A DNA stretch of 64,000 bases. Origin: Salibacter sp. GTDB taxonomy: Bacteria > Bacteroidota > Bacteroidia > Flavobacteriales_G > Salibacteraceae. The stretch's first letter is position 1, and each line of letters begins with the position of its first letter. The DNA lies in NCBI RefSeq assembly GCF_031581065.1, contig NZ_JAVLBN010000003.1, forward strand, positions 2,009-66,008, written 5' to 3'. Positions 28,139 to 36,723 of this stretch are shown in pieces. Position numbers and translations under genes: made by a program. The notes beneath the pieces are model-generated. The model was given only the letters and a program-made list of their open reading frames with translations. It made no database searches and was not told the origin of the DNA.

Positions 28139-29547
28139 ACCGGTTCACCATTTTGGGTGAGAACACCAAAATACAGTCCCGGCTCATCAACTCTCAATCT
28201 TTTTTGAAAATTACTTCCCTGTACCGGGAAATGCATGACCTCCTGCCCCGTGCTGTTGTAGAGTGTGAACACAGCGTCTTTTCCTAGTAGGTGAGCTTTG
28301 TCAATAGCGAGTGTACTGTTTTGCCGGGTAGGATTGGGGTAAATAGAAACATTCACGTTTTGTTTAACGACATCATCAACCCCCAGGCACAACTGGCTGA
28401 TACAGCCATTGGGATCAGCTTTGACGATCCAGGCGTTTTGGTCAGGATTAGATACCTCCCCGGCCATGATGAAGCCACCATCTGAAGTTGCTTCAATGTC
28501 CAAAAGACCCGTTCTGTCAGAATTGTTGTATTTGTACCACTCGATGTCGAGGCTGTCCCCGTTTGAGGCAGAAACCTTCATAAAAAAAGTACTGTCAACT
28601 GGAGGTACTCCAAAAGGCCCACCGGTAAGGTTAATGATCCCGTCTTTAAGATAGCCCTCTGTTGGCAAAATACTTCCTTCCGGAAAATATTCCTTACTCC
28701 ATTCAATTGAGTAATCATCTGTTCTTAATTTGATTAAAGCAGTGTTTTGTTGGTTGTTCACTATTTTACCAGCACAGAAATAAACCTCATCATTTTCATA
28801 ACTTCCCGTATTGATAAAATCAACACCTAATGAGTAATCCTGATAGATTGTATCGTGTTCAATATTCCCCGTCTCAGGATCTAATACAATTAAACCGGGT
28901 TTTAAGTCAGCAACGTTGTATTCAACTATATAGCCAATTAGAACCTTATTATTCAATGAATAAACTTTGGCATTCCTGTCAAAAAGACCAGGGTTTGGTA
29001 TGATTTTTCTCCATCTTTCATTACCCTGCAAGTCCGTATTGATCACGAAAATATCGATATCATTGTTATTCTCAACACGTCCTGTAAGAATGAGTGTAGA
29101 GTCATTGACCTGGGCGACATTGCTGGTAGCTGTCCACCGTCCCATATCGTATACTCTCGTAAAAGTGTGATCGAGCAAAGTGGTATAAAAGCTAAGGATA
29201 GCGATACTGTCCTGGCTGGGGTCATAGAGATAGGCGAGTTTTGAATTTGAAGTAAAAGCTAATGATCCTGCTCTACCGTCATAAAGCCGTTGGTTGTTGT
29301 ACTGTACTTTCGTACTGGTAATCGAATCGCCCTGTTCATTGATCTTGACGAGTTCGAGGTCCCGGTAGTTTTGTGTACTTATCCACTGTGAAAACACATA
29401 TTGTCCGGGGCTTATTTCTTCAACATTACTCGAAGAGTTAATGCGGCCATTATGATCAAAATCTTTGCTGAAAACATGCTCTACCTGTGCCTTTAAACAG
29501 GTAGTACTGATCAGTAAACTGAAGAATATGATTAATAAACGATCCAT
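28111..29547 (-). CDS. Secreted protein with T9SS C-terminal sorting domain
   Basis: 478 aa with a signal peptide (MDRLLIIFFSLLISTTCLKAQ) and a C-terminal CTD pattern (VSIYPNPTRQNSTLAID...GLYFGVLTQNGEPVKTAKWIVY). Confidence 0.8.
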   Translation of the reverse strand: MDRLLIIFFSLLISTTCLKAQVEHVFSKDFDHNGRINSSSNVEEISPGQYVFSQWISTQNYRDLELVKINEQGDSITSTKVQYNNQRLYDGRAGSLAFTSNSKLAYLYDPSQDSIAILSFYTTLLDHTFTRVYDMGRWTATSNVAQVNDSTLILTGRVENNNDIDIFVINTDLQGNERWRKIIPNPGLFDRNAKVYSLNNKVLIGYIVEYNVADLKPGLIVLDPETGNIEHDTIYQDYSLGVDFINTGSYENDEVYFCAGKIVNNQQNTALIKLRTDDYSIEWSKEYFPEGSILPTEGYLKDGIINLTGGPFGVPPVDSTFFMKVSASNGDSLDIEWYKYNNSDRTGLLDIEATSDGGFIMAGEVSNPDQNAWIVKADPNGCISQLCLGVDDVVKQNVNVSIYPNPTRQNSTLAIDKAHLLGKDAVFTLYNSTGQEVMHFPVQGSNFQKRLRVDEPGLYFGVLTQNGEPVKTAKWIVY

Positions 29548-29559
29548 TTTGCTGTTTTT
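29529..29559. repeat. 31-nt direct repeat, copy covering the start codon of the same gene
   Basis: Identical to 28108-28138. It contains ATGGATCGTTTATTAATCA on the minus strand. Confidence 0.9.
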
Positions 29560-29614
29560 CGACTAACTGTCATCGAAGCTATGAATTTATTTTTGATTTG
29601 GCTATGACCAAAAT

Positions 29615-30463
29615 CTAAGCAGACTTCCTGTTCAGCCGTTTTTTCATTAGTAGATTGGCGATGACACCGGAGATCACGAGTCCGATCCCTACAAACATCG
29701 ACCAGTCGTGCGAGATGCCGAAAATCGAGTAATCCCAAAACAGCGCGAAGATGATGCCCACGTATTTCAGCGGGGCTATTTGATTGGCTTCCTCGGCCTG
29801 CCAGGCTTTTGTCATAGTGACCTGTGCGAGCTGTGTGAATACGCCCATAGCAAGAATGATGAGCCAGTCCCACCCAACGGGCGTTTCCCAGTAAAAAAGC
29901 GAAACAACTCCCATGATAGGTGTGGCGATAAGCGGAAAGTAAAACACCACCACTACGGGGTGGTCAGATCCTTTCACCTTCCCGATCATGTTGTAGGCGA
30001 GTCCGGCAAAAACAGCCGATACCACCCCGGCAATCATGTAGATGAGGTCGATGTCATCGTTGAATCCTTTGATGACGATAATACCCGCAAAAGAAAGAGC
30101 AAAAAAGAGCCATTGAACAGGCTTCATGGGTTCTTTCAATATCCAGATGGCAAATAATGCCGTGAACATCGGACTCAAGTACTGGATCACGATAGCCGTT
30201 GCGATGGGCAGGTTCTGAAGAGTGAAAAAGAAACTCGACAGGGCAATGACGCCAAAGATTCCGCGCAGTACCAAATACTTGCGCTTGTTGCCGAGCGGAT
30301 TTACGCCAGCTCTTTTCAAAATGATGAGGCTCAACACCAGCGATACGATGGATCTGAAAAAAACGAGCTCAGTAAAGGGCAAGTGGCTCAAAAACTTCAC
30401 GCACAACTGCATGAGGCTAAAGCACAAAGCCGATATGAGCATGTATTGAACCCCTTTATTCAC
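29615..30463 (-). CDS. EamA/DMT-family transporter
   Basis: 282 aa with ten hydrophobic helices arranged as two EamA-like halves. Confidence 0.75.
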   Translation of the reverse strand: MNKGVQYMLISALCFSLMQLCVKFLSHLPFTELVFFRSIVSLVLSLIILKRAGVNPLGNKRKYLVLRGIFGVIALSSFFFTLQNLPIATAIVIQYLSPMFTALFAIWILKEPMKPVQWLFFALSFAGIIVIKGFNDDIDLIYMIAGVVSAVFAGLAYNMIGKVKGSDHPVVVVFYFPLIATPIMGVVSLFYWETPVGWDWLIILAMGVFTQLAQVTMTKAWQAEEANQIAPLKYVGIIFALFWDYSIFGISHDWSMFVGIGLVISGVIANLLMKKRLNRKSA

Positions 30464-30534
30464 GAGCGTGCAAAGGTGGTGTTTTTTGTGAATTTTGCAG
30501 TGGAGTAGGCGTAATTTCGAGATAAATTACAACT

Positions 30535-31560
30535 TTGCTGTTCACCAAACACGAAAGCGTTTTGAAAAACAATCCGTCTGTAGCTGTTATTGGAGGAGGA
30601 AGCTGGGCATCAGCCATCGTAAAGATGCTCACCAACAATCTCGATCGCGTAAATTGGTGGATGCGAAACGAAAAGAGTGTTGATCACCTCAAAAAGTACC
30701 ATCACAATCCCAAGTATTTGCAATCTGTGGAGTACAACATGGACAAGATTCATGTGAGCACAGATCTAAAGGAGATTATCGACAGCTCACAGGTGTTGGT
30801 AATGGCCACGCCATCGGCATTTATCGCCAATATGTTTGACGATTACCCGCGCGATGGGATGGACAAAAAGATCATCATCTCGGCTATTAAGGGGATTGTG
30901 CCGGAGTTCAACGCTATTCCGGCCCGTTATTTTCACAAGACGTTCAGAATCCCTTACGAGCAAATAGGGATGATCTCAGGGCCTTGTCACGCTGAAGAAG
31001 TGGCGCTCGAGCGCTTGTCATATATCACGGTTGCCTGCCCCGATCAGGACATAGCGGCTAATTTTGCCAAAATGCTGGATTGCCGTTACATCAAAACTTC
31101 TATTTCTGATGACCTGTTCGGAACCGAGCTCTCAGCAGTTTTAAAAAATGTGTACGCCATAGCGAGCGGTATTTACAGCGGACTCGGATACGGGGATAAC
31201 TTCCAGGCGGTTTTGGTTTCAAATGCGATACAGGAAGCGGAACGATTCATCGATGCTGTAAACCCGATTCACCGCGATGTACTGACATCAGCTTATCTTG
31301 GGGATTTGCTCGTGACAGCATATTCAAAATTCTCGCGCAACCGCACTTTCGGTTTTATGATCGGGAAGGGATATTCTGTAAATACGGCCCAGCTTGAAAT
31401 GGATATGATTGCTGAGGGCTACTATGCTGTAAAAAGCATTATGGCGATCAACGAAAAATTTGAAGTTGATTTGCCTATTTGCCAGGCAGTTTATCACGTG
31501 ATCTACGAAAAGATTTCGCCTGTTATTGAAATGAATATTCTGGCGGATAAACTCAGTTAG
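30535..31560 (+). CDS. gpsA: NAD(P)H-dependent glycerol-3-phosphate dehydrogenase
   Basis: Rossmann motif VAVIGGGSWASAI and C-terminal GpsA-like region (EGYYAVKSI, LPICQAVYHV). The track start 30535 is TTG. A TTG at 30562 (MKNNPSVAVIGGG) is an equally plausible start. Confidence 0.85.
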   Translation: MLFTKHESVLKNNPSVAVIGGGSWASAIVKMLTNNLDRVNWWMRNEKSVDHLKKYHHNPKYLQSVEYNMDKIHVSTDLKEIIDSSQVLVMATPSAFIANMFDDYPRDGMDKKIIISAIKGIVPEFNAIPARYFHKTFRIPYEQIGMISGPCHAEEVALERLSYITVACPDQDIAANFAKMLDCRYIKTSISDDLFGTELSAVLKNVYAIASGIYSGLGYGDNFQAVLVSNAIQEAERFIDAVNPIHRDVLTSAYLGDLLVTAYSKFSRNRTFGFMIGKGYSVNTAQLEMDMIAEGYYAVKSIMAINEKFEVDLPICQAVYHVIYEKISPVIEMNILADKLS

Positions 31561-31604
31561 TTTAATGTTTAACGTTTAGTGTTTAAGGGGTTTCATTCCT
31601 CAGT

Positions 31605-31646
31605 TTCAACTTTTCTAAAGTTCCAAACTTTAGAAAAGTTCTTCAA
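31605..31646. repeat. REP-like palindromic element, copy 2
   Basis: TTCAACTTTTCTAAAGTTCCAAACTTTAGAAAAGTTCTTCAA, with a 13-bp stem and 3-nt loop. It lies 45 nt after the gpsA stop. Confidence 0.85.
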
Positions 31647-31955
31647 GAATCATTAAGGCGGTGAAATTTGTAAACGTAAAACCTTAGACGAGTAGCGGAT
31701 TCAGCTTTTACACGAAATCAAAACTACGAGCTAAACGGCCTCGGGAACTGACGCGTAGAATTTCAGCAGTTAAGTGAGCGTGCATTTCACTATCTGATGA
31801 GACGGAGCCTACGATTTAAGATTTAGGTTTATTGTTTAGCAAAGGATCGCTTGTTTTCTCCGTCTCAATCCTGATCTCAATCTTTTTATCAAGAAAACAC
31901 ATCTATATCTCGCTCGACTGCAGGTAGAGTATATCTCTATATTTCGAGATTTTTC

Positions 31956-31982
31956 ACCATTTAGAAATGAAGAGTCATTGAG
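31956..31982. repeat. 27-nt intergenic repeat, copy 2
   Basis: Identical to 27832-27858. Confidence 0.85.
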
Positions 31983-32324
31983 GAGGTGAAGATTCTTGAA
32001 TAGTGCTGACCAGAGGGTTTAAACCAAAGGTTTTTCATTCTTCTTCCGATTTGTAGTTCTTTTTAAGACTTTACACCTGGTTTCTCGAAGTCCTAATAAT
32101 TGAAGACGCCTTTTATGAAATATTAAAAAATTGTGGTAAGAACTTGACAAAACAGTTGTTAATCACTATCGAAACAATGTAAACGTTATTCTCGTTTTTG
32201 GGGTTTTAACTATGAGCTGAAATAGGTAATAGAAACATAGTTTTTCCTAGTATTTTGCACTGTCAACTAAACGGACATCTTAACGCCAGGTTTTTAACTT
32301 TAAAGATAAGAAAAAGCATTTTTA

Positions 32325-33254
32325 ATGACTATCACAGAAAGTGAGACTTTAAAACAAAAAATAGATCAATTACAACCATTTGTAGGGAATACACCTCTCT
32401 TCCCTATCACAGGTCTTCATCAGAATGAAAATGTTAAAATATACGCCAAACTTGAGTGGAATCAATTGACAAATAGCGTTAAAGCCAGAGCAGCTTTCAA
32501 TATTGTAAAAAGCGCCATAGATAATGGTGAGTTATCACCAGGGAGTCAATTGCTCGATGCAAGTAGTGGCAACACAGGTGTTGCTTATGCAGCTATTGCA
32601 GCAGCATTAGACATCCCTTTTACATTGTGTATTCCTGAGAATGCATCAATTACAAAAGTTTCAGCACTCAAGGCATTCAATGCGCATTTGATTTATACGT
32701 CACCTTATGAGCTCACCGATGGAGCACAGGAAAAAGCCCTTGATCTAAAGCACGCTAATCCAGAGATGTATTATTATGCTGATCAGTACGCAAACTCAAA
32801 TAACTGGAAAGCACATTTCAACAGCACCGGCCCTGAAATATATGAACAAACCCAAAAAGAGATAACACACTTTATAACCGGGGTTGGAACTTCAGGTACA
32901 TTCATAGGTACTTCAAAGGCGTTGAAAAGCTTTAATGAAGCAATAAGAGTAATTTCTGTGCACCCAGATTCTGCGCTACATGGTTTGGAAGGTTGGAAGG
33001 ATATGGAAACAGCCAGAGTGCCTGAATTTTACGATCCAAATTTGGCAGATGAAAGAAAAGAGGTTTCAACGGAAAAAGCTTACGAATACGTAAAAAAAGC
33101 AGGCCAAAAATTGGGCTTGATGTTGAGTCCGTCTTCTGCGGCTAATCTGTTCAGTGCAGTTGAGTTATCAAAAGAAATAGATCAGGGAGTAATCGTGACA
33201 GTGTTCCCAGATCATGGCAGTAACTATCCCGAGGTAATGAAGAATATTTTCTAA
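32325..33254 (+). CDS. PLP-dependent cysteine synthase (CysM/CysK family), probably sulfur-carrier dependent
   Basis: 309 aa. PLP-lysine region NSVKARAA, GNTGVAYA, and GVGTSGTFIGT glycine loop. The gene context is a JAMM protease, a MoaD/ThiS-like carrier and an E1-rhodanese. Confidence 0.8.
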   Translation: MTITESETLKQKIDQLQPFVGNTPLFPITGLHQNENVKIYAKLEWNQLTNSVKARAAFNIVKSAIDNGELSPGSQLLDASSGNTGVAYAAIAAALDIPFTLCIPENASITKVSALKAFNAHLIYTSPYELTDGAQEKALDLKHANPEMYYYADQYANSNNWKAHFNSTGPEIYEQTQKEITHFITGVGTSGTFIGTSKALKSFNEAIRVISVHPDSALHGLEGWKDMETARVPEFYDPNLADERKEVSTEKAYEYVKKAGQKLGLMLSPSSAANLFSAVELSKEIDQGVIVTVFPDHGSNYPEVMKNIF

Positions 33255-33335
33255 AACATTTTATGCTTTATTAGCGATCTGTGTAGGGTATCTAAACACA
33301 ACAGCTTCTGAAAAGAGATTTAAAACCAGATTATT

Positions 33336-33746
33336 ATGAAAATACAATTAACAGAAAAAGCAAAAGCAGCGATGGTTGAAGATGCCATTAAGACTTACCC
33401 ACATGAATGCTGTGGCTTTTTTTACGGAGATGAAAATGAAGAAAGATTGGTTACGCAAGCTATTCCTGTGGAAAACACCAGAGAAGAAAATAGAGAGCGT
33501 AGGTTTGAGGTTTCGGCTAAAGACTACATGAAAGCTGAACAATATGCTGAAGAAAACGACTTATCGCTTTTAGGTGTATATCATTCACATCCTGACCACC
33601 CTTCTATTCCCTCTGAGCACGACTTAAAACAAGCTGTCCCTTACTTTTCTTACATCATCATCTCAATAAGAAAAAAGGAGCTAGCTAATATCCAATCCTG
33701 GAGGCTAGACGAATCAAAATTTATAGAAGAGCAAATAGTGAAATAG
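33336..33746 (+). CDS. JAMM/MPN+ metalloprotease (Mec-like)
   Basis: 136 aa with an exact JAMM motif: E (HECCGFF) then H-S-H-PDHPSIP-S-EH-D, i.e. HxHx7Sx2D. Confidence 0.85.
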   Translation: MKIQLTEKAKAAMVEDAIKTYPHECCGFFYGDENEERLVTQAIPVENTREENRERRFEVSAKDYMKAEQYAEENDLSLLGVYHSHPDHPSIPSEHDLKQAVPYFSYIIISIRKKELANIQSWRLDESKFIEEQIVK

Positions 33747-33829
33747 AAATTTAAAAGAAATCAAAAAGCTGATAAAAGAAGAGACTCTCAAATTTATCAG
33801 GTATATAATAACAATAAAAACAAATAGTT

Positions 33830-34108
33830 ATGGCAAAAATTACAATTCCAACACCATTGAGAAAATTTACAGATCAGGAAAAAACATTTGAGTCTAATGC
33901 AGAAAATGTGGATACTGCTCTACGTGAATTGGTTGAAAAGCATCCAAAACTCAAATCCCAGTTGTTTAATGATGAAGATGATTTGAGATCTTTCATTAAG
34001 GTTTTTGTTGGAGATGAAGATATTAAAGACCTCAATGAAGGAGAAACAGCGATAAAAAAGGAAACAACGGTTAGTATTGTTCCAGCTATTGCAGGAGGTA
34101 AAAGCTAG
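33830..34108 (+). CDS. MoaD/ThiS-family ubiquitin-like sulfur carrier (CysO-like) with a GG-KS C-terminus
   Basis: 92 aa of beta-grasp size. The C-terminus is ...VPAIAGGKS, a di-glycine followed by two extra residues. Confidence 0.75.
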   Translation: MAKITIPTPLRKFTDQEKTFESNAENVDTALRELVEKHPKLKSQLFNDEDDLRSFIKVFVGDEDIKDLNEGETAIKKETTVSIVPAIAGGKS

Positions 34109-34114
34109 GTTTTT

Positions 34115-35290
34115 ATGAAGAAAGATGATTTTTTCTCTAAAGAAGAATTAGAAAGGTATAGCCGGCACTTAATCATACCAGAGTTTAATATCGATGGCCA
34201 AAAAAAGCTAAAAAGTGCCAAAGTGCTTGTTGTGGGAACTGGAGGATTAGGAGCTCCTTTATTGCAATATCTCACGGCAGCAGGTGTTGGTACAATTGGA
34301 GTCGTTGACTTTGATGTTGTAGAAGATAGCAACTTGCAAAGGCAGGTTTTATTTTCAACAGACGATGTTGGTAAACCTAAAACAGAAGCTGCTGTTGAGC
34401 GCATGAAGGGGCTCAACCCTCATATTGAGTTCAAAATATACAACACACAGCTCAACTCTTCAAATGCCCTTGATATTATTAAAGAATACGATATCGTTGC
34501 TGATGGGACAGATAATTTTCCAACGAGATATTTAGTAAACGATGCGTGTGTTTTGCTCAACAAACCATATGTGTATGCTTCTATATTCCGTTTTGACGGT
34601 CAGTTAACTGTATTTAATTATCAGTATGAAGATGGAACGACTGGCCCTAACTATAGAGATCTTTATTCAGAACCACCACCACCAGGCCTTGTTCCCAGTT
34701 GTGCTGAAGGAGGCGTTATTGGCGTACTCCCAGGAATATTGGGAAGTTTACAAGCCAATGAAGTAATAAAAGTTCTTTCTGGTGTCGGAGATCCGCTTAT
34801 AGGAAGAATGTTCAGTTTTGATACGCTTGGTTTTGAAACGAGGATATTCAAATTCAAGAAAGATCCCAAGAATCCAATTAGTGGTGAGAATCCAACAATT
34901 CATGAACTTATCGATTATGAGCACTTTTGCGGTATACCTCAACAAGAAGAGGAAGATGCTAAACAAGAAAGTGTTAAAGAGCTTTCAGCAAAAGAACTAA
35001 AAGAGTTGAAAGAGAATGGTGAAGACTTTCAGCTCATTGATGTTCGTGAAGAGTTTGAATACAGAATTTCAAACCTTGGAGGTGAATTGATACCACTTAA
35101 TAACGTTCTAGATGAAGCCGGTAAAATAGCCAAAGACAAAAAAGTCGTTGTTCATTGTAGAACAGGTGCGAGAAGTGGAGATGCAATTCGAGCTCTCAAG
35201 GAAAAGTTTGGTTACGATAACCTCTACAATCTTAAAGGAGGTATATTAGAATATGCTGACGAAATTGATGACTCATTGGCTAAATATTGA
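34115..35290 (+). CDS. MoeB/ThiF-type adenylyltransferase fused to a rhodanese domain (MoeZ-like E1)
   Basis: 391 aa. RYSRHLIIPEF, VLVVGTGGLGAP nucleotide loop, and a C-terminal rhodanese with active-site loop HCRTGARS. Confidence 0.85.
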   Translation: MKKDDFFSKEELERYSRHLIIPEFNIDGQKKLKSAKVLVVGTGGLGAPLLQYLTAAGVGTIGVVDFDVVEDSNLQRQVLFSTDDVGKPKTEAAVERMKGLNPHIEFKIYNTQLNSSNALDIIKEYDIVADGTDNFPTRYLVNDACVLLNKPYVYASIFRFDGQLTVFNYQYEDGTTGPNYRDLYSEPPPPGLVPSCAEGGVIGVLPGILGSLQANEVIKVLSGVGDPLIGRMFSFDTLGFETRIFKFKKDPKNPISGENPTIHELIDYEHFCGIPQQEEEDAKQESVKELSAKELKELKENGEDFQLIDVREEFEYRISNLGGELIPLNNVLDEAGKIAKDKKVVVHCRTGARSGDAIRALKEKFGYDNLYNLKGGILEYADEIDDSLAKY

Positions 35291-35307
35291 CACTGTTCAT
35301 CACTAAT

Positions 35308-35336
35308 ACCTGAAGCAACACGCTTCAGGTTTTTTT
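35308..35336. terminator. Hairpin terminator between the convergent moeZ-like gene and radA
   Basis: ACCTGAAGC (35308-35316) / GCTTCAGGT (35322-35330) followed by TTTTTT. The radA stop overlaps the T run. Confidence 0.75.
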
Positions 35337-36708
35337 ACCCAAAAAGATCAGCAAAAACTTCACCGATTTGCTTCACCATTTTAATCTCGATGTTGTAGTC
35401 TTTTTGGTCGATGCCTTTTTTGTTGTACGAACTGATGTAGATCTTTTCAAAGCCGAGTTTTTCTGCTTCGCTGATTCGTTGATCGCAGCGTGTCACGGGT
35501 CTTATTTCTCCTGAAAGTCCAACCTCGGCAGCAAAGCAGTAATTGGCACTTATCGGCATATCGGCATTGGAGGATAACACGGAACAAACCAGTGCCAGGT
35601 CGATGGCCGGATCATCCACTTTTATTCCGCCCGCGATGTTTAAAAACACATCTTTCGTAGCGAGCTTGAACCCGCAGCGTTTTTCCAGCACAGCTAAAAG
35701 CATTGAGAGTCTGCGCAGGTCAAAACCCGTAGCAGATCGTTGTGGAGTGCCGTAAGCGGCCGTACTCACCAGCGCCTGCGTTTCAATCATCATTGGGCGC
35801 AAGCCTTCCATTGTTGCGGCAATAGCTGTTCCGCTGAGTGACTGATCGCGGTTACCGATGAATATCTCTGACGGATTGCGCACTTCCCGCAAGCCGCTCC
35901 CTTCCATTTCGTAAATCCCCAACTCGTTAGTCGATCCAAAGCGGTTTTTCACGGATCTGAGCAAGCGATAAATGTGGTTGCGGTCGCCCTCAAACTGCAA
36001 GACACTATCTACCATGTGTTCCAGTATTTTGGGACCGGCAATGTGGCCTTCCTTGTTGATGTGCCCGATGAGGAAAACGGGAATGTTGCTCTCTTTAGCA
36101 AAACGCAACAGTTCGGCTGTGCACTCGCGCACCTGGCTCACGCTTCCCGGAGCGCTTTCGATCAATGAGGTGTGTAGCGTTTGAATAGAATCCACAATCA
36201 GGATGTCAGGTGCTACATTCTTGATGTGTTTGAATATTGTGTCGAGTGATGTTTCGGCCAGTAAAAAAGTATCGGCAGCTTCTTTTCCCATTCGCTGGGC
36301 GCGCATTTTGATTTGCTGCGGACTCTCCTCACCCGAGATGTACAGCACTTTTTTGCCCGGTAGCGAAACGGCTATTTGCAACATCAGTGTTGATTTCCCG
36401 ATTCCGGGCTCACCACCTATAAGCACGAGCGAACCCGGGACGATACCTCCGCCTAAAACGCGATCTAGCTCGTTGTTGTTGGTTGAAATACGCGGCAGGT
36501 TTTCCGTTTCAATTTCGGTCAGAGCCAGCGGTTTGGCAATGGTGTCGTTAGTCGATTCGGTTCTGACCGAAGCGCGCTTTTTATCATTTTTCGTGATAAC
36601 TTCCTCTACAAAAGAGTTCCATTCACCGCAGCTGGAGCAGCGTCCAACCCACTTTGGCGATTGCGCACCGCAGTTTTGACAGATGAAAACGGATTTCGTT
36701 TTAGCCAT
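35335..36708 (-). CDS. radA: DNA repair protein RadA/Sms
   Basis: 457 aa. N-terminal zinc finger CQNCGAQSPKWVGRCSSCGEWNS, Walker A GGEPGIGKST, KNRFG motif, and a Lon-like C-terminal domain. Confidence 0.93.
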   Translation of the reverse strand: MAKTKSVFICQNCGAQSPKWVGRCSSCGEWNSFVEEVITKNDKKRASVRTESTNDTIAKPLALTEIETENLPRISTNNNELDRVLGGGIVPGSLVLIGGEPGIGKSTLMLQIAVSLPGKKVLYISGEESPQQIKMRAQRMGKEAADTFLLAETSLDTIFKHIKNVAPDILIVDSIQTLHTSLIESAPGSVSQVRECTAELLRFAKESNIPVFLIGHINKEGHIAGPKILEHMVDSVLQFEGDRNHIYRLLRSVKNRFGSTNELGIYEMEGSGLREVRNPSEIFIGNRDQSLSGTAIAATMEGLRPMMIETQALVSTAAYGTPQRSATGFDLRRLSMLLAVLEKRCGFKLATKDVFLNIAGGIKVDDPAIDLALVCSVLSSNADMPISANYCFAAEVGLSGEIRPVTRCDQRISEAEKLGFEKIYISSYNKKGIDQKDYNIEIKMVKQIGEVFADLFG

Positions 36709-36723
36709 GCCGCTAAGGTAAAG

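Noticed and set aside
29532-29873. 113-aa ORF on the minus strand overlapping the 3' part of the EamA transporter gene and ending ...KTAKWIVY.
   Set aside because: It is Arg/His-rich and low-complexity, and lies out of frame inside a well-supported membrane protein gene. Its only meaningful part is the last few codons, which are supplied by the 31-nt direct repeat.
31680-31760. I searched the ORF-free gaps (1573-1868, 4569-4797, 27697-28110, 31561-32324, 54105-55513) for tRNA, tmRNA, RNase P, SRP or 6S RNA. A stretch ...AACTACGAGCTAAACGG... faintly recalled a tmRNA tag region.
   Set aside because: There is no acceptor/T-arm (GGTTCGAnTCC-type) sequence, no GGGG...CCA ends, and no conserved RNase P or SRP boxes. 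The resemblance is a few bases only.
31794-31866. CTGATGAG followed by a 9-bp inverted repeat (GAGACGGAG ... CTCCGTCTC) looked like a hammerhead ribozyme core.
   Set aside because: The 3' arm of the stem is followed by AATCC rather than the obligatory GAAA(C) core. The loop is about 50 nt, and no stem I/III pairing with a cleavage triplet could be drawn.
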